Shown here: in pieces, positions 31,737 through 38,798 of the stretch
How the letters are laid out: each line of letters opens with the position of its first letter
Position numbering within the stretch: the first letter of the stretch is position 1
DNA from: a virus
IMG/VR virus record: IMGVR_UViG_3300020202_000024
Span: 1-46,691 of that record
Direction: 5' to 3' (one strand)
DNA: 46,691 nucleotides
Program-made: the position numbers and the translations under genes
Notes under the pieces: model-generated
What the model saw: the letters and a program-made list of their open reading frames with translations, nothing else
What the model was told of the DNA's origin: nothing
Database searches by the model: none

Positions 31737-32142
31737 TTACCTTTCCTCGGAGGTCCTTGAAGATTGCCCCTAGTTCCGCGACCTCTTTCTCGAAACTAGA
31801 GAGTTCGTCAGCCCGCTCTTCGTCGGTGAGCGGCACGTCCATGAGCGGACGCCAAGCGACCTTGGACCAGACTCGCATGGCGAGGCTTTCGGTCTGGGTC
31901 GGCGCGTTGTCTATGCCGCAGAAAAACCCTTCGCCGGCTTCAAGGACTGTGACCTCGCAGGCGTAGGGGTCTGTGAGTTCATCGACTAGCCAGAACAGTT
32001 CGTCCCGGCCGCGCGCCAGCACGACCCCTAACGGGGCCCTGTCTCCCTTCAGGCGAACCAGGAACGGAACGTAGTCGGCGCCGAGCCACGGATCATCGTT
32101 GAGGTCGCTCAGGGCCGCTCGCTCCTCGTAGGTTAGTCGCAT
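31678..32142 (-). CDS. Hypothetical protein
   Basis: 154 aa. The 3' 59 nt overlap the next gene. Confidence 0.6.
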   Translation of the reverse strand: MRLTYEERAALSDLNDDPWLGADYVPFLVRLKGDRAPLGVVLARGRDELFWLVDELTDPYACEVTVLEAGEGFFCGIDNAPTQTESLAMRVWSKVAWRPLMDVPLTDEERADELSSFEKEVAELGAIFKDLRGKVNARHRRNPPEDDGNLVSGR

Positions 32143-32162
32143 CAGTCCTCGCTAATGCTTCA

Positions 32163-32399
32163 TCAGCGCCGGTCGGCAGTCATTTCCGCTTTCGACAGCC
32201 GGCCAACGAACGGTCCGCCGGGCCATTGTGCGAGCACTCCGCCAGCGGACTGGAAGATGCGGCCGGAGCCGTTGCACGTTCCGCATTCGTCGGCGCCCAT
32301 GAAGTCGCCTCCGTCTATGGTGTACGAACTGCGCTGACCGTGGCCTTCGCAGTCATGGCACTTGATCTCTGTCCACTTCGCCATATTGCCCTCACTCAT
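32163..32399 (-). CDS. DnaJ-type zinc-finger protein
   Basis: 78 aa with two CxxCxGxG repeats (CHDCEGHG, CGTCNGSG). Confidence 0.65.
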   Translation of the reverse strand: MSEGNMAKWTEIKCHDCEGHGQRSSYTIDGGDFMGADECGTCNGSGRIFQSAGGVLAQWPGGPFVGRLSKAEMTADRR

Positions 32400-32755
32400 T
32401 CCGCAACAGCGCGACTGGCGCGCAGCACGATCTGTTCGCCGCGTTCATGGTCACCCGTCGCGCTCCACAACTCGTCTGCAACGGACAGAGGGTTGATGCG
32501 ATGCGCGGCCCAGAAGGCGCGCTCGTTCTCCTGGTGCTGCGTGCGGTGGTGTGCGCCGCAGAGCGGAACGACCCATTTGTCGTCGGGCTTCTCGCCGACC
32601 CCGACCTGGCGCTTGCCGAATTGGATGCTCGAGAAACGGACGTGCGCGGCTTCGGTTGTCGTCGGGTCGCCGCATATGACGCAGGGCAACCGTCGAATAT
32701 AACGCAGGTGTTTCTCGGAATGCTGCCGGGGCTGGCGGATCATGTCAGCTCCCAC
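32396..32755 (-). CDS. HNH-type nuclease, Ref/DUF968-like
   Basis: 119 aa: IRRLPCVICG....AHV......GVGEKP.D...VPLCGAHHRTQH..GE..FW. Confidence 0.6.
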   Translation of the reverse strand: MGADMIRQPRQHSEKHLRYIRRLPCVICGDPTTTEAAHVRFSSIQFGKRQVGVGEKPDDKWVVPLCGAHHRTQHQENERAFWAAHRINPLSVADELWSATGDHERGEQIVLRASRAVAE

Positions 32756-33240
32756 GCGGTATATTCGCTGAGCAGCGCATCTGCCCGGTTGCCGGCTGGC
32801 GTGCCGACGACGGTTTCGCTGCGTGACTTCACGTCCAGCAGGAAGCGCACCACGTCGGCCGCCTCGTCATCGCAGGCGATCTTGGCGTAGGGCTTCGCCT
32901 GCAGCTTCTGCTCCTCCAGGAAGCGCCAGAACGAAGGCTTCCCGCACGCGATGCCAAGCCGCTGTGCATAGGAGGGTGCCCCGGCAGGGTTCGGCTGCCG
33001 GGGCTGTGCGGTCGGAACTGGCGTCTTGCTGGACGCGGCCTGCTCCTCTTGCTGTTGACGGGGGTCGAGCTTGGCGATGCCGAACCACGCTTCAGTGCCG
33101 GGATGCGGCATGCCGCCAACGACTTGATAGGCGAGGTCAGCGCTTTCGATGGGGACCTCGAATACGACTTGCACAACCTTGCGGCCTTTGATGACCTTCC
33201 AGTCGCTATACGTGGCCCTAAATGCGGCGGCGGTCATCAC
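32740..33240 (-). CDS. Hypothetical protein of the recombination module
   Basis: 166 aa. Gln/Pro-rich linker between two domains. Confidence 0.6.
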   Translation of the reverse strand: MMTAAAFRATYSDWKVIKGRKVVQVVFEVPIESADLAYQVVGGMPHPGTEAWFGIAKLDPRQQQEEQAASSKTPVPTAQPRQPNPAGAPSYAQRLGIACGKPSFWRFLEEQKLQAKPYAKIACDDEAADVVRFLLDVKSRSETVVGTPAGNRADALLSEYTAWELT

Positions 33241-33896
33241 GCGGCCTGCTTCTTGAGGGCGTCGATCTTGTTCATCACTGCCGTCTTGAGTTCGTGCAGC
33301 TCGCCGGCCTCAAGGCCTGCAAACCGCCGTGCCTCTTTCTGCTCGTCGCTGTTCCACCACGTTCCAAGCGCCTGCGGGTCGGTGCTCGTGCGGACGATCT
33401 CGTGAACCACCTTGAGGTAGGCCGCCTTCGTCTCGCTGACGACGTTGGTCTGCTCCTTGTCGTAGAGGGCGAGGCCGAACGGATTGCCGAATGTCATCAG
33501 GGCGCGCTTCATCGCGTCCGTCTCGGCTTCCTTGATCGCGCTTTCGTGGGCTTGCCCCAGATCAACGTCGATCCCGTGGCCGGCGCCGACACCCTCTCGG
33601 GTGACTATAGTGTCGCCAGCGAAGGCGACGATACGCACCTTCGCGATGTAGGAGACGCCCCAGCCGTCCTTCTGGCTCTGGCCGATCTTGCGCTCGCGTT
33701 CGGCGACCTGGCGGATGTCAACCGTTTCCCGTGTCCAGCCGTCGAAGCCGAAGATGCGATTGGCCTCGTCAATGGCCATCCAGCCTTCGATGTAGGAAAC
33801 CTTGCGCCCACCTTGATCGCGCTTCTTGACGTGCGCGCTGGAGAGCGGAGCGGCGAGGGCGGACTTTTGTGCTTCGGTGAACATCTCACAACCCAT
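33237..33896 (-). CDS. Rad52/Rad22-family single-strand annealing protein
   Basis: 219 aa: V..R.QGG.KVSYIEGW.AIDEANRIFGFDGW..E. Confidence 0.75.
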   Translation of the reverse strand: MGCEMFTEAQKSALAAPLSSAHVKKRDQGGRKVSYIEGWMAIDEANRIFGFDGWTRETVDIRQVAERERKIGQSQKDGWGVSYIAKVRIVAFAGDTIVTREGVGAGHGIDVDLGQAHESAIKEAETDAMKRALMTFGNPFGLALYDKEQTNVVSETKAAYLKVVHEIVRTSTDPQALGTWWNSDEQKEARRFAGLEAGELHELKTAVMNKIDALKKQAA

Positions 33897-34110
33897 TCTC
33901 TGCTTGACCGTCGCGGCGCCTGCGGAACAGCCTGCAGATGCCGCCGTTGATGTTGACGCAGCGCATGAACGGCTCTTGGTCCGCCCATCCGGTTCGCGTC
34001 ACGAAGCCTTGGCCTTCCAGGCGAGGAAACTGCGAGCACAGCCAGCGGGACGGATGTTGCTTCCGGCTCTCCGCATGGACGTTGTCGCAGTCCTCGCAGA
34101 AGGTCGTCAT
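33886..34110 (-). CDS. Cys-rich hypothetical protein
   Basis: 74 aa; six Cys. Confidence 0.55.
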   Translation of the reverse strand: MTTFCEDCDNVHAESRKQHPSRWLCSQFPRLEGQGFVTRTGWADQEPFMRCVNINGGICRLFRRRRDGQAENGL

Positions 34111-34313
34111 TCGGCGGACTGCCGCTTCGTTGCATCCAGGTAGTTCTGGATAGCCTTCCTGCCATTGAGGCAGAGGGCCTCGGTGGCCACGCGATCTTCT
34201 TCAGGGTCACCCCGTAGAAACCGCCGGTCCTGTGTGGCAGTGGCGACCGCGTCAACAAGCCAGTCGGCCCAAAATTCGGGTGTCTCTCGGTTGAACATTG
34301 GTTGCCTCTTCAT
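34107..34313 (-). CDS. Hypothetical protein
   Basis: 68 aa from ATG 34313; ATGA overlap with the upstream gene. Confidence 0.5.
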   Translation of the reverse strand: MKRQPMFNRETPEFWADWLVDAVATATQDRRFLRGDPEEDRVATEALCLNGRKAIQNYLDATKRQSAE

Positions 34314-34561
34314 TCCGCGGCCTGCAGCCTGAACTGCTCGGTCGGCAGTGCGTCGAACGAGCGCTGCGTCTCGGCGATCAATTCCAGGAGGTCGGTCAAC
34401 TCGTCCTTGGCCTTCTGCATCTCGGCCATGGCCAGCGTGTCGAACTCCGGGCGCGACTTCAGGACAAGCAGCCGCTGCCGGGCGTCCATGACATGGCGCC
34501 TGATCCACGATGCCTGCCGCTCCAGGAACCAAAGCTCGTTGTCCATCTGATCCCAGGTCAT
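34310..34561 (-). CDS. Hypothetical coiled-coil protein
   Basis: 83 aa. Confidence 0.6.
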   Translation of the reverse strand: MTWDQMDNELWFLERQASWIRRHVMDARQRLLVLKSRPEFDTLAMAEMQKAKDELTDLLELIAETQRSFDALPTEQFRLQAAE

Positions 34562-34863
34562 CAGCGTGTCCTCGGTTGGCGGCGCATCTCGCCGCTCAGC
34601 TTTGCTGCCGCGTAGGTCGCCCGAGCACGGAAGCCGCCGATCCGCTCGGATTTCTCGGCCAACTGCTCGAATGCGAATTTCATGTCGCCGATGCTGCCGT
34701 TGGCATGAGCTGCGCGGGCGTAGGCGAGGGCGACGATAAAGGGGCCGGCGATGGCCTCGATGGATGCAAGCTCAAGGGTGATGCCGTCCCGGAACGTGCC
34801 GGTCTCGGTGTGCTCGTCCTGGCAGTCGTCTTTGACCGCGAATGCGCTATTGGGTCGGGACAT
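34561..34863 (-). CDS. Hypothetical protein
   Basis: 100 aa from ATG 34863. Confidence 0.5.
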   Translation of the reverse strand: MSRPNSAFAVKDDCQDEHTETGTFRDGITLELASIEAIAGPFIVALAYARAAHANGSIGDMKFAFEQLAEKSERIGGFRARATYAAAKLSGEMRRQPRTR

Positions 34864-35033
34864 CACATGCGCTCCAGAAAGAATGCGAACAGAAGGGCGA
34901 GAATGCCGATGGCGACGATCGCTTTGACGCCCGGCGCGTTGTTCGGGAGGTCCGCCGGCTGGTCCTTCATGCGCTGGTACTCGGCATGCATGGCCTCTAG
35001 GCGGTCGACGGCGCGGAAGTAGTCCTGGGGCAT
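34863..35033 (-). CDS. 56-aa protein with C-terminal TM helix
   Basis: VKAIVAIGILALLFAFFL. Coupled overlaps at both ends. Below the track cutoff. Confidence 0.45.
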   Translation of the reverse strand: MPQDYFRAVDRLEAMHAEYQRMKDQPADLPNNAPGVKAIVAIGILALLFAFFLERM

Positions 35034-35398
35034 CACGCGGGCTCCTCTGACGGACCAGATTCCGGAGCCGCGGCTGCCGCATCGTCTTCAAGCTTGAACT
35101 CGATGGCGTCGACGATCAGCTTGGCGATGCGGTTTGATGAACCGAGAAGGTGCGCTTCCATCTTGATCGCGGTCTCGAAGACCATGTCGAGATGGAGCAT
35201 TTCCATGTTGCGCCCCTCCAGCTTGTATTGCTGGTACATGGCGCCATCCTTGATCGTGCCGATGTCGTGATATTTGAGCGCCATATTGAGGGCGATCGAG
35301 GCCACGACATGCGCGGGTGCAACGTGCGCGTTCTCCATCGCCTCCATCCCGCTGAGAGGGTCGGCGGCAGAAAGCGGCTGGTCGGTCTCGCTGTCCAT
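35033..35398 (-). CDS. Hypothetical protein
   Basis: 121 aa from ATG 35398. Confidence 0.55.
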   Translation of the reverse strand: MDSETDQPLSAADPLSGMEAMENAHVAPAHVVASIALNMALKYHDIGTIKDGAMYQQYKLEGRNMEMLHLDMVFETAIKMEAHLLGSSNRIAKLIVDAIEFKLEDDAAAAAPESGPSEEPA

Positions 35399-35652
35399 TA
35401 CGCTGCATCCTTCTGCTTGGTGGCGCGCTTCGCGACCTGATCCGCGATCATCTTCTCGGCGGTCTCGCGCTTGCGGGTGATCGACATGAAGGCGTAGAGC
35501 GCCGCGCGCTCGGCAGCCGGGAGGCCCGGCAGAGCCGCATTGACCATGTCCGGGATTTCGGTGGCGCTGATCGTCCACGACGCCGTCACGTCATCGCTCA
35601 CGATGAAGGCCGGGGCGCCGTGGCGGTCGTAGATGGTGTGGGTGTCGGGCAT
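35398..35652 (-). CDS. First gene of the early-left operon, hypothetical
   Basis: 84 aa from ATG 35652. GGAGAG SD in a 25-nt leader downstream of the putative PL. Confidence 0.55.
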   Translation of the reverse strand: MPDTHTIYDRHGAPAFIVSDDVTASWTISATEIPDMVNAALPGLPAAERAALYAFMSITRKRETAEKMIADQVAKRATKQKDAA

Positions 35653-35677
35653 GACGTGCTCTCCGTCTATGGAGAAC

Positions 35678-35706
35678 ACACTAAACCAAACTGGTAGGGC
35701 TTGCAA
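35678..35706 (-). promoter_or_regulatory. Putative PL promoter
   Basis: Minus strand reads TTGCAA-17 nt-TAGTGT. The spacer and -10 are covered by the 19-bp operator. Confidence 0.55.
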
Positions 35707-35758
35707 GAAAATAATTTAGCCAAAGTGGTAGAACGCGAAACGCGCGTTACCAGAATGG
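35680..35758. promoter_or_regulatory. Left operator cluster (three TACCA-N3-TGG sites)
   Basis: Sites at 35680-35698 (19-mer identical to the one at PR), 35720-35732 and 35746-35758 (inverted). Confidence 0.6.
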
Positions 35759-35776
35759 CTTATCGGAAGGTCGGAA

Positions 35777-36115
35777 TCAGCGGCGGATGGCGCGGATGAT
35801 CTTCATGGCCTCTTCGCGCACCTCGGCAGGCTGGCCGCGAAGCAGTTGATCGGCGCTCGGCTGGTCCGGGTGCCGATACAGGTCCTCGGGGGCGATATCC
35901 AGCGCCTCGGCCAAGGCCGCCAGCGCGTCCAGATCCGGCCGGCGTTCGCCCGTCTCGTAGCGAGAAATGGTCACGTCGCTGACAGGAGGCTCGAGCCTGG
36001 CGCCGAGCTGCTTCTGGGTAATGCCGGCCTTCTCTCGCCATTCGGTGAGATAGACCTTGAGCGGGCGCTTGGGACCGATGCGGGCGACCATGGGACCAGT
36101 GTTGTGCCAAGACAT
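35777..36115 (-). CDS. CI-like repressor (XRE-family HTH)
   Basis: 112 aa: GITQKQLGARLE...SDVTISRYETGERRP. Divergent from the cro-like gene and flanked by operator clusters. Confidence 0.75.
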   Translation of the reverse strand: MSWHNTGPMVARIGPKRPLKVYLTEWREKAGITQKQLGARLEPPVSDVTISRYETGERRPDLDALAALAEALDIAPEDLYRHPDQPSADQLLRGQPAEVREEAMKIIRAIRR

Positions 36116-36125
36116 TGATATCTCG

Positions 36126-36194
36126 TCACTATCCCAAGATGGTAGGTTGCGCCGGAACGTGGTGCTTGACGTGCCTACCAGTTTGGTTTAGTAA
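36126..36194. promoter_or_regulatory. Right operator/promoter region (PR and repressor promoter)
   Basis: PR on the plus strand reads TTGACG(36166)-17 nt-TAGTAA(36189)-9 nt-ATG, with the operator 19-mer at 36174-36192. An inverted site at 36134-36146 is followed on the minus strand by TAGTGA (36126-36131), 10 nt before the repressor ATG. Confidence 0.55.
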
Positions 36195-36203
36195 CGGCGG
36201 ACC

Positions 36204-36431
36204 ATGTCCGCTGGCACAGCACTACGCACGAAGCGCAAACAGATGGGTCTCACCCAGGACGCTCTCGCCAAAGAGCTGGGTGTGACCAACGTCACTGTGT
36301 CGAGGTGGGAAACCGAAGCGCGCAAGATCGACGACGACTTGCTGCCGCAAGTCAGCGCCTACCTGAATCTTCCGCGTGATGTGTTGAGGCCCGACCTCCG
36401 CAAGCTTCTTGCAGGGGAGGCCGGGAAGTGA
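36204..36431 (+). CDS. Cro-like regulator (XRE-family HTH)
   Basis: 75 aa: GLTQDALAKELGVTNVTVSRWE. Confidence 0.75.
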   Translation: MSAGTALRTKRKQMGLTQDALAKELGVTNVTVSRWETEARKIDDDLLPQVSAYLNLPRDVLRPDLRKLLAGEAGK

Positions 36432-36436
36432 GCGCG

Positions 36437-36775
36437 TTAGTCCATACGGCTGCGGTGTTGTCGCTCGTAGGTCATGAGCAGCGCCTGCAGTTCGGAGATG
36501 ACCGCCGGTATGGCCTCTATCGGCAGGATCTGATGGAGCGCCGCGACCCTGTCGGACCCAAGTCCGCCGGGGGCTGGTTTGCTGCTCACCCATGTGAGCC
36601 AAGCGTGGCCGTTCGCAGACTCGACCCTGCCAAGCGCGGAGGTGAAGACCTCCGGCGCCGGCACAGGTTCCACAATCCGGTATTTTTCGGGCATTGCAAC
36701 GCAGCCCATCTTCCCAGCCCTCCTGTCCGCATCTTCCCGGCACAATGTCGGGTTGATAACGGTAGGGGCTTTCAT
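36437..36775 (-). CDS. Hypothetical protein convergent on cro
   Basis: 112 aa from ATG 36775 (alternatives at 36709 and 36694). Ends 6 nt from the cro stop. Lower-GC DNA. A possible 44-aa upstream ORF (36772..36906) overlaps by ATGA. Confidence 0.5.
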   Translation of the reverse strand: MKAPTVINPTLCREDADRRAGKMGCVAMPEKYRIVEPVPAPEVFTSALGRVESANGHAWLTWVSSKPAPGGLGSDRVAALHQILPIEAIPAVISELQALLMTYERQHRSRMD

Positions 36776-36781
36776 ACTTTC

Positions 36782-36810
36782 GTAATACTTGGTGCTGGTG
36801 CGTACAGCAA
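36782..36810 (-). promoter_or_regulatory. Putative leftward promoter abutting ATG 36775
   Basis: Minus strand reads TTGCTG-17 nt-TATTAC-6 nt-ATG. This conflicts with the alternative upstream 44-aa ORF. Confidence 0.35.
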
Positions 36811-37046
36811 AACCACAAAAAAGTGCGCCCATTGGCAGGGAACAAACACAATTCCGCCATGGTTGTATTTGAACGGCACGCAATCATCGGCATTGCCCAA
36901 GGTCATTACAACTTTCCAGACACTCGATAGGCGCGTCGCTGCCCCCCGGCACGCGCTTAGCGCGGCGGTCGCCCCGTGCACCTCCGGCCGTCGCGCAACT
37001 CTCCCGAAGCCCGTGACCACTTCCTCCCAACTGTCCGGGCCAACTT

Positions 37047-37083
37047 GCCGCGGCGCGATCGTCGCTGCCGCGGCCCTTTATTC
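37047..37083 (+). terminator. Terminator-like hairpin in the cro-distal non-coding region
   Basis: GCCGCGGC...GCCGCGGC 8-bp stem (inner GCGA/TCGC pairs), then CCTTTATTC. Confidence 0.45.
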
Positions 37084-37236
37084 AGACTCGCGGCCCGGCA
37101 TCGACGGGTGCCTGCGCCGCGATGCTGCCCCTGCGACGGCAAGGAAGGCAGCGCCAGTGGGATACATGATCTGGTCCGCGACTGGCACCAATTTCCACCG
37201 CGTTCGGTCAAGGGACTTCCTGAACGCGCCGCGCGG

Positions 37237-37270
37237 GCGCGCAGCACCGAGGCCATTTGGTGCTGCGCGC
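37237..37270. other. Perfect 12-bp hairpin GCGCGCAGCACC / GGTGCTGCGCGC (10-nt loop)
   Basis: Read directly. Lies 15-45 nt upstream of the small hydrophobic ORF. No U-tract on either strand. Confidence 0.7.
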
Positions 37271-37314
37271 CTCTCACAGCCCCGATGCGGCGTGGCGGCG
37301 GTGAGGGGAAACTG

Positions 37315-37425
37315 ATGGCAACGATCGCGTATGGCGCCCTCTACTTGCTCGCACTGGTCGCTGGCGCCTGCCTGACGGTGTTCGCCGCCGAATGTTTGGT
37401 GCGGTTCATCGTGTTCGGAATTTGA
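37315..37425 (+). CDS. 36-aa single-TM hydrophobic peptide (tentative)
   Basis: MATIAYGALYLLALVAGACLTVFAAECLVRFIVFGI. GAGGGG SD 9 nt upstream; alternative start at 37285. GC1 exceeds GC2, which favours this strand over the antisense 59-aa ORF (37341..37523). Confidence 0.35.
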   Translation: MATIAYGALYLLALVAGACLTVFAAECLVRFIVFGI

Positions 37426-37583
37426 ATGACGTTCGGTGCGCTCCTTGCCGGGAGCAGCCGACCGAAAATGACGCCGCTGCCGGCGGCGTAGATCGAAGTG
37501 AACGTGAGTGTGTCGTTCTCCATGGCCAAACCATGGAGGTATGTGTGTCCGAAAAAACGGAAAAGCGTTCCGGAGCCCCCACG

Positions 37584-37937
37584 ATGCGTGATGTTATCGC
37601 AGCCGTCGCCGGACCGAGAGGGTGGAGCGACAACCGCAAGAGCTGGCTCGATCGCGCCGCCCGGCGCGCGGAGATCAGCTTTCGAGCGTGCAAGGCGTTG
37701 TACTACGGGGAAATCACTGACCCCGAACATAAGGCGGCGCGACGGATGCTTGCGGCAGCTCGCCGCGCCGGGATGCAAGAGGCCCAGGCTCTAGCCGATC
37801 GGTTCGACTCGATCGCGAGGTCAATGAATGACACGGATTCGAATAGCTACAGCGCGGATGTTGCTGCGCTTCTCCACGCGGCTCGCCTCCTTCGCGGTGT
37901 GGCTGGCCCCGGAACTGATTCCGGGGAACCACAATGA
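37584..37937 (+). CDS. Hypothetical early protein
   Basis: 117 aa from ATG 37584: WSDNRKSWLDRAARRAEISFRACKALYYGEI.DPEH. Confidence 0.55.
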   Translation: MRDVIAAVAGPRGWSDNRKSWLDRAARRAEISFRACKALYYGEITDPEHKAARRMLAAARRAGMQEAQALADRFDSIARSMNDTDSNSYSADVAALLHAARLLRGVAGPGTDSGEPQ

Positions 37938-38725
37938 GTGAGGTCGTCTACTTCATTCGCAACGAGCGCACGCAAGCCGTAAAGATCGGCTTCGCAAGCG
38001 ATCTGCGTTCGCGCTTCTCAGCGATCAAGACATCTGCGTCGGACCCTGTGGTTATAGCAGCAGCTATTCCGGGGGGCGCCGGCACTGAGAAGAGGCTGCA
38101 CGATCACTTTAAGGAACTCGCCACGCAGGGCGAGTGGTTCCGCGACGACCCAAGCCTGTCTTCGGCGATAGAGGCGTTTGCCATAGCTTATGACCTAGCC
38201 GATCTTATCGACGCTCAACTCCCTGAACACTTACAGGAGTCGATGCGGGGCGTCACTTGGCTGCGAAATCTTCAAAAGATCACCGGGGAGAATGATTACC
38301 AGACCGCCGAGCGGTGCCGTGTCACGCAGGGCCGGGTTAGGGGCATAAAGAACGGTCGCTACAAATATCTATCTCACGCTGACACTTTGAGGATTTTGGC
38401 TGCCTATGTTGGCGCCCTCTCCGAAGCGATCTTGCAGGCGCGAGTAGCCGGCGAACCCACTCATGAATTGCAGTCGCGTATCGAAGCCCTGAGATCAACG
38501 GGCCGAAGACTACTGCGCCAAGAGGACAAACTCCATCTTTACGGACAGGAGCTGAGCGATGTTGAACATGCTTTCGAGAGTTTACAATCGTCTCTGCGAC
38601 AAGATCGAGGCGAGCACAGAGCATCAGTTGCGCATGGCGCGGAAGGTGGACCCACAGATTCCGGGTCTGCCTCGGTACATCGCGATTGGCTCCTTGTTCA
38701 AAGCCGCGAAGCACGAGCGGGATAG
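37934..38725 (+). CDS. T5orf172/MUG113 (GIY-YIG-like) domain protein
   Basis: N-terminus VYFIRN....VKIGFA.DLRSR...I.T......V......G....EK.LH..F......GEWF. The last ~55 codons have poor GC3 and overlap the next gene. Confidence 0.6.
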   Translation: MSEVVYFIRNERTQAVKIGFASDLRSRFSAIKTSASDPVVIAAAIPGGAGTEKRLHDHFKELATQGEWFRDDPSLSSAIEAFAIAYDLADLIDAQLPEHLQESMRGVTWLRNLQKITGENDYQTAERCRVTQGRVRGIKNGRYKYLSHADTLRILAAYVGALSEAILQARVAGEPTHELQSRIEALRSTGRRLLRQEDKLHLYGQELSDVEHAFESLQSSLRQDRGEHRASVAHGAEGGPTDSGSASVHRDWLLVQSREARAG

Positions 38726-38786
38726 CACCCTTTTGGCGGCGCTGCGCGCCCAAATTGCGCGACTTGAGCGTCTTTCCTCCCGCTAA
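38559..38786 (+). CDS. Small helical protein
   Basis: 75 aa. AGGAG SD 7 nt upstream. Better codon bias than the overlapping tail of the previous ORF. Confidence 0.55.
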   Translation: MLNMLSRVYNRLCDKIEASTEHQLRMARKVDPQIPGLPRYIAIGSLFKAAKHERDSTLLAALRAQIARLERLSSR

Positions 38787-38798
38787 AGGTCCATACCG

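Noticed and set aside
33222-33950. 242-aa plus-strand ORF opposite the Rad52 gene
   Set aside because: It is antisense to a gene with a clear Rad52/22 signature and is a shadow ORF.
36428-37315. 295-aa plus-strand ORF covering the region right of cro, plus 36957-37277 on the minus strand
   Set aside because: The composition is Arg/Pro/Ala-rich and non-protein-like. It overlaps the better-supported minus-strand gene. The region is treated as structured non-coding DNA.
37341-37523. 59-aa minus-strand ORF antisense to the 36-aa hydrophobic peptide ORF
   Set aside because: Its third codon positions coincide with those of the plus-strand peptide frame, so its high GC3 is uninformative. It has no SD or recognisable features. 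It is retained only as an alternative within the finding for this locus.
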